From assembly GCA_002104905.1 (NCBI GenBank), contig MCFE01000680.1, forward strand, positions 1 to 46,845: DNA of 46,845 bases, written 5' to 3'. Positions 37,193-46,644 of this stretch are shown piece after piece. The translations under genes and the position numbers were made by a program. Each line of letters starts with the position of its first letter. Position 1 is the first letter of the stretch. Source of the DNA: Basidiobolus meristosporus CBS 931.73 (lineage: Eukaryota > Fungi > Basidiobolomycota). The notes below the pieces were generated by a model. It did no database searches, was not told the DNA's origin, and saw only the letters and a program-made list of their open reading frames with translations.

Positions 37193-40100
37193 AGCTGTAA
37201 GAGTCTTGGAGATACTGGAAGTGATTGGGAGAACAAGTAGATGATGTGGTTTTCACTTAATGATTTATTGAATGTAAAGGTAGAATTTATACTTTTACAT
37301 ATTCTTGGCAAAAAAACATGTAGGAAAGGTTAAGAAGTGTTCCAAGAGTCTGAGTGCAAAGTTTGCGGCTGCTTGGACAACTTTGAGAATTTTCATGTTC
37401 TGGGTACCTGGTGTTTTGGTGAAATATTCTAAATAAATCCCAACAAGGAATTTGCTCATTATTCTCTAGGACTTGAAAGTAATGATCTATGTGACTAAGT
37501 TAGGTGAATATTTAGGTGGAATTACACACTTTTTACAATATTCCCACTTAGCTAAATGTTCTTACTGACTAGTCCAATTTTGACCTAAGATATTCAAACT
37601 TGACTCTAGCTAATGGTTTGGTAAATAAATCTATGATCATTTCATTAGAAGGACAGTAAACTAAGCTAACTAGGCTACTCTCTATAGCTTCACATATGCA
37701 AGGATGTATAATATCTATGTGCATAGTTCTGGCATGAAAAGTTGGATTTCTACCTAATTGTATACATCCTTGAAAATCTTGAAATAAAGTAATAGGCATT
37801 TTTGACATGGGCCCAATTCTGTAAAAAGCTTTCTTACCCACGTTGCTTCTTTTGTAGCTTCACAGGCTGCCATATACTCTGCCTTTGTGGTAAAAAGTGT
37901 TACGGTTGGTTGCTTTCTTGAATTCTATCAAATTGCTCCTTGACAGTAAAGATAGGTGTATCCTGTGGCGGATCTTCTGTCCTCTGAGTTTTGTCCTCAA
38001 TCAGCATCAGTGTCCCACAGGATCCTGCTCTAAATCCTTATAAGTGTATCTTAAGCAGACATCAGCAGTTCTTTTCAGATAACTAAATATCTGCCAACTT
38101 CTATAGTATAATCAGATCCATATTTCTGATTATGCTGGCTGACAACTCCCACTGAATATGAGATATCTGGACTTGTTCCAAGCATTATATACATCAGACT
38201 GATGATTATAGATTGATAAGAGTAGTCAGGGCTATCAGATGGCATCAAGGCCTGTTGATTTGGTTGTGTTTTGACCAAGTTAAGGGTTGTCTCCATTAGC
38301 ATGCCTGCTGGTCTACGGTCTTCCATCTGATACTTCTTTAGTATATCTTGATATACTTGGATTGGCTTAGGGTGATATTCAGGGTACTTCTGTCTATTGA
38401 GAACTTAATCCCTAAGTAGTAACTGAGTTCTCCTAGATTGGACAACTTGAACTCTTCAGATAGACTGGATTTAGTCTGTTCCAATGTTTCTAGGTTATTA
38501 GTGTATAATAGGATCATCCACATATAAAGCTAATAGAGCTGAGCTTGCTCTATCTGGCTTATAGTATATACTGTAGTCAGCATTACTCCTTTTGAAACTC
38601 AAAGATTCCAAATAAGAATCTATCTTGCAATTTCAGGCTCTCAGTGATTGTTTGAGACCATATAGAGATTTTTTAAGCTTGCAGACCAAATAGGGGCTAC
38701 CTTGGTCAGCAAGCCCATCAAGTTAGTCTATATGCACATCCTCATGAATTTCTCCACTCAAAAATGAAGCTTTTACATCCGTTTGATGTATAAAAAACTT
38801 GTATTTGTTTGCAATAGCCAATATTAATCTAATGAAATTAAACTTAGCTACCAGTGCAAAGGTTGCTGTGTAGCCAAGTCCTTTTGTTTGAGAGTATCCA
38901 TTGGCCACAAGTCTTGCTTTGTATCTTCAATTGTACCATCAGCCTTATATATTTGTCTTAAAGACCCATCTACTTCCAGTTGATTTTTGGTTGACTGGTA
39001 ATTTGACCAAGTCCCAAGTTTGATTTTCTATCAGGACCTGATATTCCTCTGTCATTGCAGATCTCCAAAACTTTGTCTGAGGGCTATTTAGAGCCTCTTT
39101 TACAGTCTGGGGCCCATCAATATCAACTGAATAGGCATAGGCTAAGTTTGTACCCTTATTGATGTAGTAATATGGGCTGTTTCTTGTCTGGTTAGATCTC
39201 CTTGCATTTGATATTAGAATGATCACTTCTAGGATATTCCTGGGCACTGATTCAGGCTGAACCATTGCTTTAGAGTTCTCTGGAGTGAAAATGGTTTCAT
39301 TGTTTTGCTCCAATTCAATCCTGACTATTTGTGAACTTGGGATAAACTTTTGTCATCAACCAATGTCATTGTTCCTGAATATTTTGAATATTCATTGAAC
39401 AACATATCCCTAGACTTGCTCAGCTTCTTTGCTTTAGCATTGTAGAGTCTGTATGCTTTACTCTCAGCGCAGTAGCCCAAAAATATGCATTTTATACTTT
39501 TTGGCTCAAATTTTGACTACTTTCTGGGCAGTTTCTTAGCGTATGCTTCACACTCAGATCTTCTTAGATGTTCTACACTTGGTCTGTATCCACACCATGC
39601 ATCAAGTGGCATAAAGTTGCAAAGTAATCTGTTATAACCCCTATTGTTAAGGTACACAGCAGTGCCAACCAATTCTGCCCAAAAATCAAAGGATATATTT
39701 TGATTGTGGATCATAGATTGTGCCATATCAGTTATTGATCTGTTTATATGTTCTGCTACTCCATTTTGCTGTGGGGAGTATGATACAGTAGTGTCTTGCT
39801 TTATCCCATGAATTTTGCAGAAGTGGACAAAGAGTTCTGAGATATTTTCTGCACCATTGTCAGAGCATATTTTCTTGATTTTTCCACCAGTTTCTCTCTA
39901 CACTGTGGCTTCAAACTCCCTGAACTTAGACAGAGCTTCTTTCTTTCTCTCCATGAAGTAGACCCATGTGTATCTTTTATAATCATCAATAAAAGTGATC
40001 AGATACCTCATCATGCATAAGGATAAATACTGCATAGGTCCACACAGATCTGAGTGAATTAGATATAGCTTTTTCTTAGTTATGATTAATACCAGGCCCT

Positions 40101-42709
40101 TGAGCAGTTGTCTGGCGCTGTTTCCCATATATACAGGCCTTACAATCCTCCAAATTAGCTGGAGGATCAATTTTTACTCCAGAAATTAGCTGATCTATGA
40201 TCATTTTGTGCAAATAATCAAAATTGATGTATCCAAATCTCCTGTGCCAAAGTATTAGTGTTTCTTCATTTAAGTCACTTAAACTGCCCTCTAGATGTGA
40301 TGGAAGATAAGTTAACTTATACAGATTCTGATCTCTGATACCCAAAGCAATATGAGCACAACTTTGATCAATGATCCTGCATCCAGAACCATTGAAGCTG
40401 AAATGGAATCCTTCTGCTGTGGCCTTGCTTACAGATAGTAGGTTCTTAGCTATTTCTGGTACACAGAGTACTTTGTTGAAGGTCAGTTTATGGCTTCCTT
40501 CACTGCTTCTTAGGTTTACTTGGACAGTTCCCTCTCCCACCACATCAAGTATTCTATTGTCACCCATGAAAGCCTTTGTAATTGCAATTTCTTGATATTG
40601 GGTAAAAAGTTCCTTTTGGTATGTAAAGTGTTGAGATGCTCCAGAGTCAATACACCGCATCTGAGAATCCTTGCTTGTGGTCATATTTAGAGCAGACATG
40701 AATAAAATAGAGAATCCTTGCTTGTGGGCATGTTTAGTGCAGATATGAATAGTTTATCATCAGTTGTTGCAGCATTTCCATATTCAGGCTTTTTCTGCTG
40801 ACTCTCTCACTTTTTGAAGCACTAGTAAGATGTGTGTTCTTTGCTTTTGCAGTAGTTACAAAGCAGGTTGCTGTTGCCTTTGAAAGGTCTTGGGCATCTT
40901 CTTTGTTGGTTATCATTGCCTATTAAAGCATTTTCTTCTTCCTTCCTGATGGTGCTGTAGTGGGGTCACAGTGACACACACAGGCAGATGTACTCATTCC
41001 CTTACGTTCACTTCCCTAAAAAGGATTACCCCCCCTGTATTAGTATCATCCCAAATTGCAATATTTTCTGTTCTGTCTATGTGATTATTACTATGCAACC
41101 TGACAAACTATTTGTCACTATTTACCCATTGCACAAGCTATTCCTATTCCTTGCCAAGATATCAAGATAAGATAGTTACTCTATAAGGCAAGTACCCCCA
41201 ACAGTGCCCATGTCATGTGACCATCTTGGTTTCATAACCCTCCTATCCTACTACCATAAGAGGCAGTTACATGACACAGGGGTTTCATATTACCACTACC
41301 TGATTGGCTAGGTGCTACAATGTCTTGTGGAACAATCCACCAAGAATTTGCGCTATTTTTAGTACACAATGACATGATTAGCTGTCTACTGCCTTCTGGA
41401 AACTTCCAGAAAGTATTTTCTAGCAAAAATTTGAGCAGCAAAAAAGTATATAAGGGAGGCTATCCCTTAAAATAAATTATCCCTGTTCCAATATTCCAAC
41501 TAATTGATTAGTGAGATCACTGCTACCTATTACCACTACTTTCTGACTCAGAATTGACAATACTCCCAGGAAACTGGGCTGACAGCCAACTGACCTTGGA
41601 GGCACTACTTGTGAGGAATACTCAGAGTAGGTATATTTTATTATATTTGATTGTTTTCCCAAGTTTGTTCTTGTACAGGCAAAGATACTTTTCAGTCATT
41701 GTAACTATTGGTCAAAGCTGCATTCTTATCAAGTCCCTGTTGGTGGAGTTTACAGTTGTTTTGACTTTGGAAGCTTTAGTACATTGTTGTCTCAAAGGAC
41801 ATCAAAGCCACTATAAACTTTTGTTAAGATGCCAACTAAGTTGGGGATTGTGGTTCAATAGTTTTCCCTTGACAAGCTTGAGGCTTTATCCCCTTTCACA
41901 TTAGATTAGACCATAGACCCAGTATTCCTAGCAAGCTTTTGCCAGAGGTTATTGCACCCAGTGAACACCCCATACACATTCACACTTGAGAAGTGTTGGC
42001 TGTATTTTGCCCTTTGGACTTATACACCACCACAGTGCTTGATATTCTTAATTCTTCATCCAGAAGCCTTCTGTAAACATAGTTTAAGGTCATATCCTTA
42101 GCTTGGAGCTCTAGGGCTGATAAAAGGCCCTGAAGCTTGTCTGTCAGGCTTTTCAGGATGGTAACTATCACATCCTCATCAGTGGTTGGTATGCTCACAG
42201 GTTCCATCTCATCCACCAGCAGGGTAATTCTGTAGATCAGATTTTTCATTTCTTCTCCTGGCTGAATCTTTATGGTAAAGAATATTTGTCTCAGATACAT
42301 TTTTTTAGCAGCTGAATAATACTGGTAGGTGCTTCCAATGCCTTCCAGGCATTTCTTGCCATTTTTGCTCTTGAACATTGAATTAGCAATTTGTCTTTAA
42401 CATTAAGGCAGATGCAGTTAAAGGCACTTTGTTCTTTCTTCTGGTACTCTAAGGCTTGCTTGCCCACATTTTTAGGAGGGCATTCTTCTCCCATCATAAT
42501 ATCCCAAAGGCCTCTTTCTTGTAGCAGCACCTTCATTGCCATCTTCCACACTTGCTATTTAGATCAATCCAACTTTTGGGCAGAGGGAAAAATTCTAATA
42601 ATAGCAGCAGTAGACATTGTAGACAGTGACAGCTTGGGGCTCAGAACCTGTTGTAAGAGTCTTGGACATATTGGAAGTGGTTGAGAAGACAAGCAGACTA
42701 TGTGATCTT
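37193..42709 (-). mobile_element. Degenerate copia element (copia-3) with a truncated 5' LTR
   Basis: 3' LTR 37193-37540, PPT, fragmented RH/RT/IN/PR/gag, PBS ggttctgagccc (42637-42648). The 5' LTR covers only 42649-~42709 before the telomeric unit. Confidence 0.92.
40956..42034 (+). mobile_element. Solo LTR (1079 bp, probably Ty3/gypsy-type) inserted in copia-3 gag
   Basis: Termini tgtagtgg...ccaccaca, 4-bp TSD GTGC (40952-40955 and 42035-42038), TATA-like aagtatataaggg. Confidence 0.82.
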
Positions 42710-43243
42710 AGTAGGGCTAGGGGAGGAAAGTCACCAAGTGGTGAAATCTTTATTTACTTACAATATATATCTAAAGGAGCCAAGTTGATCTGAAGTTATT
42801 CCTAGAAAGCTAGGTCTGAGAGATATCTTCCTGGTAAGTCAGGTCTGAGAGTTGAGAAGCTGAGTGGTACTAAATTTCCTAGTTAGCTAGGTCTGAGAGA
42901 GGTTTCCTGGAAAGCCAGGCCTGAGAAGTGAGAATCTGAATATATCTGAGCTAAGTTATACTGTTTTGCAGTAGCTGAATTGTGGCCAGAATGGCCAGTA
43001 GACTGGGGGAACTGAGAGGAATTTCTGGGCAATCACTGGCCAAATTTACTAGGCAAATTTGGCCAATTAGCATTTCAAGGATCTCAGCCAATCAGAGCCT
43101 TTACTTTGCCCGATGGTTGATCAAGCCATCTCCCAATGAGCACACATCAATTTATTAATCAAATTCTTGCTGAATCCAGGATTTGAACCCACAACCATGG
43201 GTATGGAAGGGTTAGGGATAACCCCAAGGCTAAGTGTTCTTGG
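42709..43243 (-). mobile_element. Telomeric SINE-like unit A (full length, most diverged)
   Basis: About 96% identical by eye to unit C. Begins on the + strand with a degenerate tagggctagggg. Confidence 0.7.
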
Positions 43244-43248
43244 TTGGG

Positions 43249-43522
43249 TTAGGGGGAGGAAAGTCACCAAGTGGTGAAATCTTTATTTACTTATGACAAG
43301 TATCTAAAGAAGCCAAGTTAATCTGAAGTAATTCCTAGAAAGCTAGGTCTGAGAGATATCTTCCTGGTAAGCCAGGTCTGAGAGTTGAGAAGCTGAGTGA
43401 TACTATAGTTCCTAGTTAGCTTGGTCTGAGAGTGGTTTCCTGGAAAGCCAGGCCTGAGAAATGAGAATCTGAATATATCTGAGCTAAGTCATACTGGTTT
43501 GCAGTAGCTGAATTGTGGCCGG
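43249..43522 (-). mobile_element. Telomeric SINE-like unit B (partial, 274 bp)
   Basis: Same sequence as the proximal half of unit C, interrupted after gtggccgg by an LTR. Confidence 0.7.
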
Positions 43523-44251
43523 TGTAGTGGGGTGACAGTGACACCCACTGACAGATGTGCTCATTCCCTTATTTTCTACTTCCCTATATCCCTACTACAC
43601 TCATTTTAGTTTTATCCCATTTGTCTTACCCAATCAGTACTATCCCATAAGCCGGTTGACTATCACACCTGCTTACCTTATTGCATAAGTTACCCCTCAC
43701 TTTATGTAAGATTACTAGTTACAAGTGCTTCTATATTAGGCAAGTACCCGCGCCAGTACCCGTGACACATGATCAACCCGTGTCACCATCCCTACCATTT
43801 CCATACCATATATGGTATCCCCATGTTACACAGGTTTCAGAATACTGATTCCTGATTGGTTGGATGTGCTGTGCCTCTTAGAACCTTCCGGCACCTACTT
43901 AGAACATTCTTAGGTCATTCTGATGTCATAAAGATTTCTATTGAACTCCGGAACCTTCTGGAACACCATGATTAGTAATCACTTAGCCAGTGAAGAAAAG
44001 TATATAAGGGAGGCTATCCCTCAACAATAAATCATCATCCCTTTTATCAATATACCGACTTGTTGATTAGTGTGATCACTGCTACCTGCTGCTACCTGAA
44101 CTTCCAACCCTAGACCACAGGACACTCCCAGGAAACCGTGCTGACAGCCAACTGACCTTGGAGGCACTACTTGTGAGGAATACTCAGAGTAGGTATCTTT
44201 TATTATATTTGATTCTTTCCCAAGTTTGTTCTTGTACAGGCAAAGATACTT
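43523..44251 (+). mobile_element. Truncated LTR related to 40956-42034
   Basis: Starts tgtagtgggg and shares blocks with 40956-42034 (e.g. gctgacagccaactgaccttggaggcactac). Stops at caaagatactt. Confidence 0.8.
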
Positions 44252-45283
44252 AGGGGAGGGAAAGTCACCAAGGTAGGTGAAATCTTTATTTGCTTGCAGA
44301 CAAGTCTAACTACAAATAAAGAAGCCAGCTGGGAATAGAAGATTCCCAAAGTAAACACTAAGTTGAATATGAATAAATCTAAGCTAAAGTTAAGGCAGTA
44401 TCCCAGAGTACACTGGAGTTCAGGTTCATGGGGGAGTGAAGTAGATAAGCTTGAGAGATATAATAATCTTTGAGGAAGTGGGTAACAGCAGGTGAAGGGG
44501 AGTTTTTGATAAGTGAAGTGAATCTTGAGAGCAGAGATTCCTCTAATGAGAAGGTCTTGTAAACAGGAGAATCAGGAAACTCTTTAAAGGCATGGTCAGT
44601 AGGTTCCCAGTAAAACTGGTCAGAGACATTTTGAGAGAACTCTTTAGCAATACTTTTGTCAAGTACTACCTCCAGAGTGTGATTGTTGATAAATCTCATG
44701 TTAACAATCTTGGATAAATTGTAACCTTGTTGCTTGAGATACATCCTATGCTCAGATATAGGAATGAACTCCACATTGGCAAAGTAGCAGACAGCCCAGT
44801 CAGTAGCAGGAGGCAAATCAGAAGTAGCAGGAAACTTTCTTTTAGTCTTGGGAGGAGCAGCAGGATGTCTTGAGGAAGCAGGAACAGGCTTTTTGACAGC
44901 TTCAGAGTAGGAAGAGTGAGCAGGGGCAGATGATTCTTGGGGAGTCTTGTTGACAGGAACAGCTGGCAGAGAGACAATAGATTCTTGCAGATCAGAGAAG
45001 GCAGAAAACAGCTTTTGAACTTGTTTCTTGAGTAAAGCATTTTCAGCTTCAACAAGTGCAAGCCTTTCCTCAAGGAAGGAAATCTGAAGGGAATGGAGTG
45101 AAGGCATAAGAAATAAGAAGAAGAGGGTAAGATGGGTGGGTAGGTGGGAAAATTAGCAGGGAGAAGAGAAGGAAGGAGCAAAAATTCCAGAAGTCAGAAT
45201 TTATAGATGGATGGACAAGGGGTAGATGGATGGATTATTCCTGGGTTAGGAAAATTAGCAGGGAGAAGAGAAGGGATAATTTG
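44250..45283 (-). mobile_element. Telomere-associated ORF1-only retroelement-like unit (~1 kb)
   Basis: Bounded distally by (TTAGGG)5 and proximally by a 3' tail shared with the 530-bp units. Contains one intact ORF. Confidence 0.6.
44379..45107 (-). CDS. ORF1/Gag-like protein (242 aa): coiled coil, Pro/Ser linker, predicted RRM-like domain
   Basis: Intact ATG ORF with heptads LEERLALVEAENALLKKQVQKL, SYSEAVKK, and a beta-alpha-beta-beta-alpha-like block from AVCYFANV to KEFSQNV. Resembles non-LTR/PLE ORF1 architecture by recollection, not by search. Confidence 0.6.
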   Translation of the reverse strand: MPSLHSLQISFLEERLALVEAENALLKKQVQKLFSAFSDLQESIVSLPAVPVNKTPQESSAPAHSSYSEAVKKPVPASSRHPAAPPKTKRKFPATSDLPPATDWAVCYFANVEFIPISEHRMYLKQQGYNLSKIVNMRFINNHTLEVVLDKSIAKEFSQNVSDQFYWEPTDHAFKEFPDSPVYKTFSLEESLLSRFTSLIKNSPSPAVTHFLKDYYISQAYLLHSPMNLNSSVLWDTALTLA

Positions 45284-45318
45284 TAGGGTTAGGGTTAGGG
45301 TTAGGGTTAGGGTTAGGG
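45284..45318 (+). repeat. Interstitial telomeric tract TAGGG(TTAGGG)5
   Basis: Read directly from the sequence. Confidence 0.95.
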
Positions 45319-45842
45319 GGGAGGAAAGTCACCAAGTGGTGAAATCTTTATTTACTTATGACAAGTATCTAAAGAAGCCAAGTTAATCTGAAGTTATTCC
45401 TAGAAAGCTAGGTCTGAGAGATATCTTCCTGGTAAGCCAGGTCTGAGAGTTGAGAGGCTGAGTGGTACTATATTTCCTAGTTAGCTAGGTCTGAGAGAGG
45501 TTTCCTGGAAAGCCAGGCCTGAGAAGTGAGAATCTGAATATATCTGAGCTAAGTTATACTGGTTTGCGGTAGCTGAATTGTGGCCGGAATGGCCAGTAGA
45601 CTGGGGGAACTGAGAGGAATTTCTGGGCGATCACTGGCCAAATTTACTAGGCAAATCTGGCCAATTAGCATTTCAAGGATTTCAGCCAATCAGAGCCTTT
45701 ACTTTGCCCGATGGTTGATCAAGCCATCTCCCAATGAGCACACATCAATTTTATTAATCAAATTTTTGCTGGATCCAGGATTTGAACCCACAACCATGGG
45801 TATGGAAGGGTTAGGGATAACCACAAGGCTAAGTGTTCTTGG
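45313..45842 (-). mobile_element. Telomeric SINE-like unit C (530 bp)
   Basis: Minus-strand A box TAGCCTTGTGG (45821-45831) and B box GGTTCAAATCC (45778-45788). 3' end ...GACTTTCCTCCCCCCTAA. Confidence 0.72.
45778..45831 (-). promoter_or_regulatory. tRNA-type (type 2) RNA Pol III internal promoter, A and B boxes
   Basis: A-box to B-box start spacing is 43 nt, as in tRNAs. Repeated in units A and D (unit A has one A-box substitution). Confidence 0.65.
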
Positions 45843-46369
45843 TTAGGGGGAGGAAAGTCACCAAGTGGTGAAATCTTTATTTACTTATGACAAGTATCTA
45901 AAGAAGCCAAGTTAATCTGAAGTTATTCCTAGAAAGCTAGGTCTGAGAGATATCTTCCTGGTAAGCCAGGTCTAAGAGTTGAGAAGCTGATTGGTACAAT
46001 ATTTCCTAGTTAGCTAGGTCTGAGAGAGGTTTCCTGGAAAGCCAGGCCTGGGAAGTGAGAATCTGAATATATCTGAGCTAAGTTATACTGGTTTGCGGTA
46101 GCTGAATTGTGGCTGGAATGGCCAGTAGACTGGGGGAACTGAGATGAATTTCTGGGCGATCACTGGCCAAGTTTACTAGGCAAATCTGGCCAATTAGCAT
46201 TTCAAGGATTTCAGCCAATCAGAGCCTTTACTTTGCCCGATGGTTGATCAAGCCATCTCCCAATGAGCACACATCAATTTATTAATCAAATTTTGCTGGA
46301 TCCAGGATTTGAACCCACAACTATGGGTATGGAAGGGTTAGGGATAACCACAAGGCTAAGTGTTCTTGG
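45843..46369 (-). mobile_element. Telomeric SINE-like unit D (527 bp)
   Basis: Head-to-tail with unit C, about 98% identical, joined by a single TTAGGG(GG). Confidence 0.72.
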
Positions 46370-46644
46370 TTAGGGGGGAGGAAAGTCACCAAGTGGTGAA
46401 ATCTTTATTTACTTATGACAAGTATCTAAAGAAGCCAAGTTAATCTGAAGTTATTCCTAGAAAGCTAGGTCTGAGAGATATCTTCCTGGTAAGCCAGGTC
46501 TGAGAGTTGAGAGGCTGAGTGGTACTATATTTCCTAGTTAGCTAGGTCTGAGAGAGGTTTCCTGGAAAGCCAGGCCTGACAAGTGAGAATCTGAATATAT
46601 CTGAGCTAAGTTATACTGGTTTGCGGTAGCTGAATTGTAGCCGG
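46370..46644 (-). mobile_element. Telomeric SINE-like unit E (5'-truncated, 275 bp), capped by the telomere
   Basis: About 99% identical to unit C over its length. Followed immediately by GTTAGGG repeats. Confidence 0.72.

Noticed and set aside
40660-40750. ~47-bp local tandem duplication in copia-3
   Set aside because: Ordinary decay or slippage in a dead element.
44696-45181. 161-aa minus-strand ORF overlapping the ORF1-like gene
   Set aside because: Low-complexity Leu/Ser/Pro shadow frame with a non-ATG start. The 242-aa frame has the protein-like pattern.
45399-45540. Hammerhead ribozymes in the repeat unit, as expected for Penelope-like elements
   Set aside because: The recurring ctgagag and gaaa motifs do not match the CUGANGA core (G8 is missing), and I found no core on the minus strand. 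An Infernal search would be decisive.
45684-45694. CCAAT-box-like cagccaatcag as a telomere-ward (TERRA-like) promoter
   Set aside because: A single short motif with no independent support.
45778-45842. Functional tRNA gene
   Set aside because: The A and B boxes are present, but the acceptor, D and anticodon stems do not pair.
45580-45846. 88-aa plus-strand ORF in unit C
   Set aside because: The start context differs between units and there is no recognisable domain. Probably incidental.
45313-46644. CRISPR-like array
   Set aside because: Eukaryotic context, ~530-bp near-identical units, no unique spacers and no cas genes.
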